The position numbers and the translations under genes were made by a program. From NCBI GenBank assembly GCA_025786725.1, contig JAHLTZ010000055.1, forward strand, positions 36,040 through 100,039: a stretch of DNA of 64,000 nucleotides. The letters run 5' to 3'. Below the pieces are notes generated by a model, which saw nothing but the letters and a program-made list of their open reading frames with translations, made no database searches and was not told where the DNA came from. This DNA comes from Syncephalis fuscata S228 (Eukaryota; Fungi; Zoopagomycota). Below are positions 48,815 to 61,000 of this stretch, piece after piece (the stretch's first letter is position 1; each line of letters opens with the position of its first letter).

Positions 48815-51703
48815 TGCATCGGTGTTAAACATCGTTCAATTCCATGCAGATATCGAGCATTGAAATTGTCGGTGAAAGCAACAGCAAAGGTATAGTAATG
48901 CATTGTTGCTATTTCTAGAACCAATAGATCTTATTTGCATTTTATAATCGAATGAGCTGTGTAGCAATATAGGATAGCTGATAGGTGTATTCTGCCAAAT
49001 ATATACTAGGTCATTGATCTTGCTGTGTAATCTGTGTAAATGCCGAGCAGATTACAGCAAAGGTTTAGCTGCAGAATACTGCATCATCGATATGCTGGTA
49101 TACAAATGCTTTAAGCTATCATATGAGTGTGCTTTATTGCACAGCAATGGTATAGGCCATAAAGTGCAGCATATTGACATCTCGGCATAAATAAAGATTT
49201 AAATAGCCCACACAGTATATACAACTAACTAGCAATATCAACATCACATTCTACTCTCTGCTCTCTAGCATTTACACTCTGCTGTGTATTTTACTTGTTT
49301 GTTTTAGCAATTAAATATTACTATGAGGTTTTCTATTGCTGTTGTCTGCACCGTCCTCGTAACTATGGTCAATACAGCCATAGTGGACGCTAAACCGGTT
49401 CTAGTTCGTCGTGGTATGTTGCAATTAAACCAATCAAGTATTCATTTAGCTAAAAGCTGTTATTTGCTAAATTAACTTTGATAGATGGTAATTAGCACTG
49501 TAACCAATCAATTATAAGCTAAACATATTCTATACATGTGTTTTTAATAATTTCTATTAGAGAATGGTAAGTAGCATTGCATATTAACTAAATACATTTT
49601 AACCATATACTATGCATTGTGTGTGGTTGATGATTTTTATTAATAGATTGTAGGTGCCATTACATAGCAATAGCCATTCACTAAACATGTGCCATATGCT
49701 ATGTGCTTTTAACAACTTGCATTAATAGATTGTAAGTGAATTGTATATTAATCGACTACAATCTAGTTATATATTATGCATTGTGCGTGTTCATTAACCT
49801 GTATTAATAGGGAGTAAGTTACATTTTATATCAAGTAGAAATACACTAAATATGTTATGTATCGTTTATATTTAACACCTTGTGTTAATAGATTGTAGGC
49901 AACATTGTATATTAATTAACAATATGCTAACACATGCCGTATATTGTGTATGTTTACTAAATTAACGTCAATAGATGGTAAGTTGTATTGTATATTGATT
50001 AATTCAATGCTAAACATATTTTATCATTGTGTTTGTTTGTTGGCTTGTATTAATAGATTGTGAGTGGCACATTTTAGACCATTTGGCTATACACTAAACA
50101 TATATATATGTATCATTTACGGTGCATGTTATTAAACATGCATGGATAGTTGGTAAGTAGTATTGTGTACCATTTGACCATACACTAAGCATATCCATAT
50201 ACCGTGTATGTTGAATAATTTTGTTGATAGGATGTAAGTGGCATTGTATGGCAGCTAACTATACACTAAGTATATGTCCTTTATGTGTGTTTAATAAAAT
50301 AACACTAATAGATAGTAAGTAGTATTGTATAGCAATTGAATATACACAAATATATGTGATACAATTTGTATGTTTGATAATCTGACATCGATAGTTAGTA
50401 GTGACGTTATACATTAATTAACTATGAACTAAGCATATTTTATACATTTTGGATATTTAATGATTTGCATTAATAGATGGTAGGTGGCATTGTATAGCAA
50501 TTGAATATACACTAAACTTATGTGATACACTATGTCTGTTTGATAATCTGTCATCAATAGCTGGTATGTGGAATTGCACATTGATAAACTATATGTTAAC
50601 ATATGTTGTACGCTGTGCTTATTTAACAACTTATATTAATAGGTTGTAAGTAGCATTTATATTAGTCAATGTGCGTTAACCACGTGATATGCGCGCTTAA
50701 TGACTTGCATTGATAGTTGATAGGTTATATTTTATGTTAATCAGCTATAGGTTAAACATACGTTGTACACTTTGCATGCTTAATAATTTCTGTTGATAGA
50801 TTGTAAGTGTCATTGTATATTAATTAGTAATATACCAAGTATATTCTATGTACTATGCGCGTTTAATAACTTTTATTGATAGGGGGTAGGTGTCATGGTA
50901 GACCAATTAATAATACATTAAATATAATTATACAATATGCATGTTTAATAACTTGTATGAATAGCCGGTAAGTACTATTGAATACTAATCAATTATACGC
51001 TAAATATATACCATGCACTGCGTGTGGTCAATAATTTATATTGATAGTAGTAAGTGACACTGTACAGTAATCAAATATACGCTAAGCAATTACTATACGC
51101 CATGTTATTGAATAATATGTGTTAACAGGCTGTAAGTGACATTGTATATTGATTGCCAATACGTTAAACATATATTATTCATCGTGTGTGTTTAGTATGA
51201 TATAATGGAGCGTACTTGATATTATATGCTTAGTTTATACACTAACTATATGACATGTATTGTATATATTTATAATATAGCTTAACCGCTGCTTTCAAGA
51301 CATCAGCATTGATATTGTAGCCACATTTGCTAGCCCAACGCACTTTAGGTATATATTCGATAAAGAACAAGACCATTTGATAACTGCCACTCAGCCTATT
51401 TATATATCAAGTTGCAGCCAATGTCCAGTTTATTCATATTCTAATTGGTGGTACCATTATCTTACTAATAAGCATGTATTCAGCTGTGTCTATTCAGCTA
51501 TGCACGTCTGTAGTAATAAACACATGGTTTTATTATAAATACTCGATCAAATTTCTATAGTTATGACCATGTTTAATCCTTACTCAGTGCTCAACAAGTG
51601 TTAACCAAACAGAACATTATAATATTTGTTCTGCCATTAATAAATTAAACGGCAAATAGAAATATAACAAGTCAATGTATAATTGCACAAGATTTGTTAA
51701 TAA
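48815..51703 (+). repeat. 2.9-kb segment duplicated (inverted) at 9685-18083; carries the empty Gypsy target site
   Basis: Reverse-complement match; single CCATT (AATGG on the minus strand) at about 50170-50174. Confidence 0.92.
49323..51285 (+). CDS. Microexon peptide gene B: 30-aa leader ending RR, 20 microexons and a terminal exon; predicted mature peptide DENDYWNYDFGYINAGYWAVSS
   Basis: Exon 1 is 49323-49413. Exons: ATG 49485, AGAATG 49561, ATT 49647, ATT 49729, GGA 49811, ATT 49892, ATG 49975, ATT 50057, TTG 50150, GAT 50231, ATA 50312, TTA 50395, ATG 50477, CTG 50561, GTT 50643, ATT 50800, GGG 50883, CCG 50965, T(T)A 51048 (TTA in copy A), GCT 51129. Last exon ATATAG|CT TAA. Confidence 0.8.
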
Positions 51704-52123
51704 GCTGCTACATATGTACAAACGATTATAGATTGTATATAACATAATTGAAAATAGCGCAAAACTAACATCTTAATATTTGTTTTGATTACACGCATTG
51801 CTACAAACTTGAATTATGTATATTGCTTGTTTGACCTGACATTGTGTCATTCCAGTTATCCATTTATGCCGAAGATGCTGCTATAAGCTTGATTTATAAG
51901 AGTCTATCTCCCTTAATTTATTAAACCATAAAATCACTTAAATTCAAATAAATAATCAAAACTGATATGAATTTATGATAATGTTTAGTATATATATACA
52001 TATCATTATACATTATGCTTTACAAGTTAGTATGGTAGTGTCTAGAGGGAACACTAACATAAAACCAATACAACACTTTTATATTACTTTTCCACATATT
52101 CAATCATCAACTAGTTCTACACC

Positions 52124-52679
52124 ATGGTTTGTAAAAAGTGTAAGCAATTTGTTTATTCATTTCCCTTTAATATTCATATTATATATATATATAACTATAG
52201 GCGAGAAGAAACTAGGCAAGATTGCCTGCCCAGAGGTTTGGAAAGAAGGGTCGCGCAATGCAAAGTGTAAGTAGAATTACACATCTTTACATCTACTTAC
52301 CAACGCTGTCTACAGTAGGTAAAGACCGAAAGCTCAACGAAAACAAGCTATTGAACAAAAGCAAAAACCGGTAATTATTATAGTAGCTCTAGCAACTACA
52401 TACAACTAACAGCGCTTTAGTCTCGTACCCTATGAAAACAAATGTCGTCTGTGCAAATCCCGCGTTCATCAAGATAAAGCGCACTACTGCCAAGGCAAGT
52501 TCATCAAAGTAAAAAATAGAAATGTAATAACATCTGCTTATTATAGGCTGTTCCTACAAGAAAGGTAGAACAAATATAGACATGTACTGGAACAACCATC
52601 TAATCAGTGTATAGGTATATGTGCTATGTGTGGCGTCCGTATTCTTGATATCAGCGGCTATAAACAGAGCTCCAAATAA
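52124..52679 (+). CDS. CRIPT: Cysteine-rich PDZ-binding protein CRIPT (6 small exons)
   Basis: MVCKKCEKKLGKIACPEVWKEGSRN...RKLNENKL...CRLCKSRVHQDKAHYCQGCSYKKGICAMCGVRILDISGYKQSSK. Confidence 0.92.
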
Positions 52680-52720
52680 TAAACATGTAGACTATATTTA
52701 CTTTTTGTTTCTATTAAATC

Positions 52721-54099
52721 ATGCAATTACGCTCTTCTTCTCTTTCCTCCTCTACCGCACGTAATGCTGCTCAACATGCGGTGGCTCGTGCCATGACAGG
52801 TGCGCGTTCCTCGTTAAAACAAACGAAGAAAACGTTTACGGCCAAGGAATCGCCATACTTTATGCAATCAACGCCTACACTAACCAAACCCACAAATAAG
52901 AAGAAAAAGCCGGCTCAAACGAGTAAAGCGTCAGCGATGGCTGTAACAGATATTGAAGCACTAGTGCCTCATGTATCAGTAATGCCAAAAAACTGGTCTA
53001 CAGTTTATGAGGCAATTCGAACGTATCGTGCCCAGTTAACAGCACCAGTCGATGTTGTTGGCTGTCATATCCTTGGTGATCGTTGTCATGGCCCAAAAGT
53101 AAGTCGTTTATAATGAATAGATATGACACGTTTATTTACACACTGCCCATACCGCCTATATCACACGGAATAGACCTATAGATTCCAAACACTCGTTGCA
53201 CTTATGCTCTCAGCACAGACAAAAGATCAAACGACTGGTCAAGCAATGCACGGATTAAGAGTGCGGTTTGGTCGACCAGGTGATGCTGAAGCCTATAAAA
53301 AACAAGATATAAGCGAGGCTGGTGAACTAGGCGATGCTATTGTATCAGGCACGGATCAAAAGGAAGGATTTACAGCATGGACATTATCTACAGCTTCTCA
53401 TTTTGATATTGATATGTGTATTAACAAAGTGGGATTTCATACACGCAAGGCAAAGTAAATAGATTACTATGATTTAATAATTATATTGTATTTATAATGT
53501 TAATGGATCACCTAATAGATTCATTCAAGAAACAGCTCAACTGTGTGTAGAGAGCTATCACGGTGATATTCCTGACACATTACCCGGTCTACTGGCATTA
53601 CCTGGTGTAGGACCCAAAATGGTAAGTAGATCTATTAAATATTAAGTGATCGATAGATAGTATAAGCTATTATTAACATAAATACACCATTAGGCATTTC
53701 TTGCATTACAGGCCGCATGGGGAAAGTAAGTATTCTATTTAGATACATTCATTTAGTTAACATACTTTGTGTCAAATAGGAGTATAGGAATTGGTGTTGA
53801 TACACATGTACATCGTATTTCCAATCGATTAGGCTGGGTTCACACCAAACAACCAGAAGAGACACGCCAAGTAAGTAAAACCATATATATATATTAATAA
53901 ATACTAGTATTAATCATATGCAATATATTAGATATTAGAAACATTTGTTCCGCAACAATATTGGGCTCCTATTAATCCTTTATTAGTAGGATTTGGACAA
54001 ACAACATGTTTACCCGTCTCTCCACTCTGTCAACAATGTCCTGTCCGTGATCAATGTCCATCTAGTCATTTATCTAGAAAAACGAAAACATTGAAATAA
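52721..54099 (+). CDS. NTH1: Endonuclease III homolog (HhH-GPD DNA glycosylase with 4Fe-4S cluster)
   Basis: [86 protein letters not shown]...CP. Confidence 0.93.
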
Positions 54100-54441
54100 A
54101 AGCCATATTATTAATTACAGTTTTATTTAATTATCTATATATTAATAGTAATTTATTTTTTACTTTTTACATTAATAGAATGCCAAGTCACAAGTGATGC
54201 CAACATGCCTGCCATCATCACATGTACAAGCACTCCGTCCATACACACTTGTGTATCTCACCTATGTTTTATAGTAGCACAGTGTTGCTGTTTCTTTCAA
54301 TCGCTTTTTCACGTCCTTTATCATCTATACCGTTACCGTTACATTCATTGTTCATCTATAGTTATACTAGTGTTGGTTACTTTTATACCTTGATTGTTCG
54401 TGCATCTATGTTTCCGGTGTCTTTTCATCACCGGTCTAACT

Positions 54442-56526
54442 ATGAAATCAGCATATGGTTATTGTTGTTATTATTGGTGGTGGTGGTGGTTTGCTCTTTT
54501 GGGTTTGCTCACGGCGCTGATTGTTCCGCAGGCGGACAGTTTACACTTGACTAATAAGAATGTAGCGCTTTATTATGGCGATAACGCGGTTACATCGCTG
54601 GCTAGTTTCCGATACAGTCACAATGGTCAGTTCAAATACCAGGCAACATCGATGCATTTAGCCGATAGCAATGACGAGCAAAATCAAAATACCACTTATC
54701 AAGAAAGTGTCACGCTCGTTATTACAACAGAAGAGATCTGGTTGTCCGTAAGTTAATGACTATTAAATACTAGTGTTGATATAACCATTCTATTATGTTG
54801 GATATAGTTTATTCAATCGATTAAAACGCTTCATGTTGATGTTTGTCCCGACTGGCCTCAACATCTTAAATCAACAACTTATATTTCATTCGCTAATTTG
54901 ACGAAACCACATCTACCCGAGTATGTCTTACCTATTCAAAGTATGGGCGAATATTTGGTTTTAATAATCAATTGTTCAAATAAAAAAATTAACTTGGAGG
55001 TAGGTCATTATATTGTTTAAATAGGCTATTTAAATAACTATTTATTGGTATCAGTTTAATTTGGAAATGCTTAATATGGGGCCTAACGGAAAATGGACTC
55101 AATTTACTTATGGGCTATTTCAACTGCCATGGGTTTACTTAGGCTTTGCAGGCGGTGTATGGCCGGCTATTTGTATTATTTGGTGGTCTTTACGATACAA
55201 AAATCGAAAGGTAATTATTTAGTTAATATAGGATGGTAGTAGAATGCAGTTACTTATAATAGCTATTATAATATAGAATGATACTTTATTGAATCGACTA
55301 CTAATGATCATTCCTCATTGTCGGCTTATTTTTGCCACGCTTTTGTGTTTAGAAGCATTTTACTATTCTCGTCACGGTAAGTATTAAAATAACTATATAT
55401 ATATATATTTCAATAATTAATTATTAATAATAATATATGGGCCATAATAGGTGAAGAAAGTTATATTTTGTTGCCATTTCAAGCCATATTTCGCTTTTGT
55501 TCGGGCATGCTTATATACACTACAAATATGCTTGTATCAAAGGGCTGGTGTGTTACACGTCGACATATGTTAAAACTTGAATTACGTACAGTTCTAGGTA
55601 AATATTGCTCAATTGATTATTGTTGATATTCAAAGCTAAGTTTTTTATTATTATTTAGGAACGGCGTTTTTTGCTGCAGTAGCCGATGTTTTCTATGCCA
55701 TAGTCCATGAAGGAGCGGTAGTATGTTAAGATGTCAATTGTATTAAAATGAGGTTATTGATTATTGGTGGTTCTATTAGCTCGCTTTAGGTACCATGCAA
55801 GCAATTATGTTTATGTATTTGTGGCTTAATTTCCGACACCAGCAAGTGGTTCTTGCCGCTCATCTTTACCGATTACGGGCTGAACATAGTCCACATGAAG
55901 TGTTACATGCCTATGCTCGCAAGGCTCTTTTATTATTGTAAGATTCTTTGCAGTGCCTAACTACTGATCTAATATAACTGACAACACTGATGATTAGTTA
56001 TGCCCAACGATTATTGTTACCTTTGGTCTAATAGCTATTGCGGTAAGTATGCTATTTATAAGCATTAAAACAATACTTACTATATAATAGATTAATTTCT
56101 TTGCCAACTACCTAATTGGCGGATCGAGTGTGGCCTATGTATCGTATTTAGCACCTGAATTGACGGCAGCAATATCGATTGCATGGCTTGGGTAAGTGTT
56201 TATTATAAAGAATGAGCAATTGGTGTTTAGTTCGGTTGATTGATTTATATACGATTAGATGGCTATTTAGATTACGCAAAATAGTACCTATTGATTTATC
56301 GCATATCGATCCAGATGAAGATGAAGATAATGATAATGAATGGAATAATTTCAATCCCTTTATGCCTGGTGGCATGCACCCGGCAGCCATGCCTGTAACG
56401 CCTACAGCACCGAGTCATGCCTTCAATGACACACCAGTTGTGGCGGGTATTGGTGCGGCAGGTGCACGTCGTCGTATTATGGATCGACTGTTTCGACGTG
56501 AGAACATAACCCCAAGAACCATGTAG
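54442..56526 (+). CDS. Signal peptide, lumenal domain and 7TM protein (GOST / GPR107-TMEM87-GPR180-like); multi-exon
   Basis: N-terminal hydrophobic leader, then TM exons including MLVSKGWCVTRRHM and WLFRLR near the end, followed by an acidic tail. Confidence 0.55.
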
Positions 56527-56847
56527 CCTACCAATTATTATTATACTACATATACTATTAATAAACATATAGCATTTATTTATACTGAGCTATTAAATAA
56601 TAACTTGGTTTAAAATGAAACTGGTTTAATAGGTTAGCCAGTTATAATCATAACTATAATAGCATGAATAGCATTTGGTAAGCATATAATGAATGGTATT
56701 AAAGTGGTATTTATAGCGTATAAGCACAATTCTAATTATTATTTACATTGTACTACTTTCTCTTGAGCATTAAGCTAGTTATGCCAATATATTAAATTAA
56801 ACATCTATTGATACTCATATCAAAGCATAATAAAATTCAATCTTAGT

Positions 56848-58048
56848 TTATTGGTTAAGCAACGAAAACGAATTAAAGACAAATATATAGCTGTGTATAT
56901 TTAGATATACGTTTTCGCCCAATGTAATCATACTATGATCGCGAGATATAAAGCGGTAGAGGCTCTTCGTCCTCACTACTTGATGGACTAGATTGACGTC
57001 TAATAACAGGTGTACTATCGAGCAAAGGATCGTTGTAATGTTGGCCGTATTGTCGTGGATGTTGATAAGGAGGTGCATTAATTGTCGGTATTGCTAAATC
57101 CTTGTATTTATCTTTAACATTTTTAATGCATCCTTGTGATTCAAACGAAGTTCAGTTTTACAATAGAAATAAGCTAGCCAATACCATAGTCTATCATTTG
57201 CTATTGTAATTTCATCATCGTATACCCGTCCATCAGCGAATAGGAGAGAGACTCTATAGGACGTATAGCATCAATGGAAACAAATGTTATGCGATCATTC
57301 TCAATGCAACCATCTGATGATTATATAAGCATATTGACAAGTATAAACAGTTAAATACGTAACTTACAATTTTCAATAGCATTACTAATCGACCATCCTT
57401 TTGCTTTCATGTCTTTGACCACTATTCGATTGACAGTTAGCAAAATAGTATTGCAGCTAATATGTACTTGCAGTTTATAAAATTTAAAAGTCTAGATCTT
57501 GCTACTTGTGGCGCAACAAACTCACGAAAACTATAATAATAAACAGTTTCCTTGCATTGTGGATTAACGACCATGTAGCAAAGATAGCCTCCGTCTATAG
57601 TAAATCTTTTAATAATAGAATAAAATGGCTTTGGTGGTGAATTTGATTCAAACATGTTGAAATCCCAGAATACATATCCTACAAGCAAACTTATTAAGAC
57701 TAATGTTTATAGTAATAATGGGTATGCATACGTTTATAATTTAAATGGTAAATACTCAGTTGGTCCATTTCTACATATAATCTTAGTATTGGGTTGATAA
57801 AATCCATCTACATTGTATTGCCCCTCCATAACATATGCATTATCTACTTTTACTGCATTTTTAATAATGGTAAGTTTGTTAATGCCAAATGCACCAGGTT
57901 GATTTAGTTGATACTCAGAAAAAGGATCTAACATTATAATATAAATATTACTATTGCAATACAAGTTCTTTAGGCTACTACCTTTTGCACCAAAAATACT
58001 CTGTAGTATTGCCATGCTTTGGTTAACTAATAGCAGCACCAGGAGTGG
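56848..58048 (-). pseudogene. Orphan secreted protein family, paralog 3; start of the signal peptide cut off by the Gypsy 5' LTR
   Basis: PLLVLLLVNQSMAILQSIFGAKGSSLKNLYCNSNIY... abuts the LTR at 58049. The 3' half is near-identical to 4200-4870. Confidence 0.7.
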
Positions 58049-61000
58049 TGTGGCGACATATTCAGAACACGTGGTACACGGGTACCACGTAATCGATGTG
58101 TCAAGCCAGCTATAAAAGCTGGAATATTTACATTTATTAATAAAGTAGTTCAATTCGAAGAAAACCTTTTATTTACAAGATCCTAGTGTTTTATCTACCT
58201 TGCCGTATTACTCAGTCCCCCTTCATAATAGTAATACGACAATTGGTGGAGGACCTGGGCAGTTTGCCCATAAACTGCCCGTTCGCGTAGTCCCAATACT
58301 ACAGATATAACACTATTTGATAGTCTCTACCATCGTAACATTCATATTCATTCTCGTACCTCACTTCCATCAAATCATCTCATTGTTCATTGTTCATTGT
58401 TAATAACCATGTCTAGTATAACCCGTTCTGGTCGTAGTACGCGTAACTCAGCAGCCGCAATGGCTACTGACGAGCCGGTACCCGACAATATGTCCGAAGT
58501 AAGCGGTACTGATGAAGTAGCATCAACTGAAACAGAAGAAACCGTTGATGAAGTCGTCCAAGTTGACCAACCAATAGCTACGGCTCAACAACAAGAAAAT
58601 ATTACTAGTACTCGTCCGGTGACATTCGCTACTCCAACCGATACACCTACTGATACTAATAACTTAACGGTAGCTGTGCCCGTCGCTAGTCAAGCATTAG
58701 TGGATAACCTATTACGCACCATTCTAAATCCTACCAACGGACTCACTGTTCACCAAACAGCTCAATTGACCATGTCGCTGGTACACGCTTTTCGACAACT
58801 CAACCCAGGAGACCCAAATCCTCCAATTCCTACCTACACACCAGCTCCACAGTTCACTGTAGAAACGCCTGGCACTGCCCCAATTACAGAACTTGGTCCA
58901 CCTGACAACAACACCACACCCACACGCATCAACAGACGAGTGTCCATTTCGTCTATAGATTCGGACGACTCTGACACCACATCCATCACCTCATCTTTCC
59001 CTTCCATTGCAGATAGTCAGCCTGAACCTGTTGCTGTTGTACCACCTGTGGTCACACAGCCACCCGACTTGAGTGTCCCTCAAGTGATGACTAAACTACC
59101 AAAAATGGATATTGACAAACTAGATTTTAAAGCGGATCCTTTTGAATGGTTGCGTAGCTTCCACTTGATTGCTGGTTTGTCAGGATGGGATGAACCCACA
59201 AAATGCAGTCGATTGATGTACGGTCTGCGTGACCGCGAGAATGCATGGTGCCTACTCAATATGCCGCGTGTCCAATCGTACCAGCCTGGCCTATTCGCGA
59301 CGTTAGTAAAGGAATTAGAGATTAAATGGTGTGCTGGTGATCCAAAAGAAGCGTTGAAAAACAAATTTTACTTACTTCGCTTAAACGACAAAGAAACATT
59401 ATTCGAATACGCCGATAGAGTTGAAAGAGCTGGTACCAATGCCAAAAGGACGCCTAGACAAATTGGAAACAGATCAAAATCGGTTCTAACGACTACGTCC
59501 GCAGCAATGTCCGCTCGTTACGAATCCGTTCTATCGATGACTTTCGATCTGTTGGTCATAGTATTGAATTAGGAAGATACACCCATAAGTTACTGCATGC
59601 GGCTAAGGCCAGCATAAACGTTGTTACTAATGACCAATCTCTGTCCGTGTCCAAGACGGCACCCAATGCAATGCAAGTAGGTACCCGTTCCGGCAATAAC
59701 CGTCGCCCCAAACAACAGCCAGCTACACGTCGCTTCCCTTGTACCCTCTGTGATGATACGAATCACTACACGCATCAATGTCCAAATTTAGCCACTGCCC
59801 GTGCATCGATAACCAGTAAACTACCTGCTGGTGATGCCAAACAGGCGGAAAACTAAATGGGACGTCGATGTGTAAGGGTAACGACGTCCCACCCCAAGTA
59901 AATCCCTTATCGACCATATCCGCAATTAATGTTGCTTCCGCTACCACATTATTGCAGGATGGAACGATTAATGGACATATGGTATCGATGTTAATTGATA
60001 CGGGTGCTGAACGAACGGTTATTTCTAGCGCTATATGTAGAAATATTGGCCTTGTCTTAGGCCCGTTCACTGATTCATTCGTTAGATTAGCTGATGGCCG
60101 ACACGCTAACACTCGTGGCCACTCCTTGGTGGATATCGAAATAGCTAGCGTTGTTCGGAAGGTTAAAGCAATAGTATTAGATACTTCCCCGTATCCAGTA
60201 TTATTAGGCATGGATTGGTTATCCGCCGCTGGTGCCAGCATTGATTGCGCAGCTGGCAAATTGTTTATTGATGGCCAATCCATTGACATGAAATTGTCCA
60301 ACACTCCATCGCACGGTATACATGTAGTTGCCGTGGCTGGAAAAGTCCGTAATGGCCGGATACTTTCTAAGTTACAACAGCACTTAGTAAGACGGGATAT
60401 CCGACCTACCGAGCAAGTTGATAATGCCGTGGTATCATTGGCACTATCCCAACTACCTCGAGTAGATCTGTCTGAGTCCATCCGACTAGCCCGACTCAAC
60501 AAACTGTTACTGGAATATACGGATCTATTCGCGGTAAATCCGAATAATCCACAAGCAGCTACTAGAGTTCGCCATACCATTAGTACTGGTGACTCTAAAC
60601 CCATTAATACTCCTCCGTACCGTTCTGCTTACCGTCAACGTGAAAAGATAACTGAAGCCATTAACGATATGCTTGAGAATGGCATTATTGAACCATCTCG
60701 CAGTCCTTGGTCATCTCCAGTTGTCCTTGTTGGTAAGAAAGATGGTGGTGAACGTTTTTGTGTCGATTATCGTAAATTGAACGACGCCACTAAGAAGGAT
60801 TCATATCCTACGACTCGCATTGATGATGCACTAGATATGTTATCTGGTGCCTGTTGGTTTACTACTTTGGACCTTGCCTCTGGCTATTGGCAAATCCAAA
60901 TGAACGAAGCAGACAAGGAAAAGACAGCCTTTGTTACACATGCTGGCCTATATCAATTCCGTGTCATGCCATTTGGCTTATGCAACGCGCCAGCGACCTT

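Noticed and set aside
50429-50629. 66-aa ORF (and its twin at 10763-10963) conserved in two places
   Set aside because: Antisense to the microexon intron array; the conservation is explained by the recent DNA duplication.
51281-51540. Long open frame in the terminal exon of gene B (LNRCFQDIS...), reachable if the 51048 exon is really 2 nt; gene C has a similar open frame (HNRCFK...)
   Set aside because: Copy A has TTA at that exon, the A/B differences I saw in this frame are all non-synonymous, and B versus C show frame-breaking indels. Treated as 3' UTR, though worth rechecking with cDNA.
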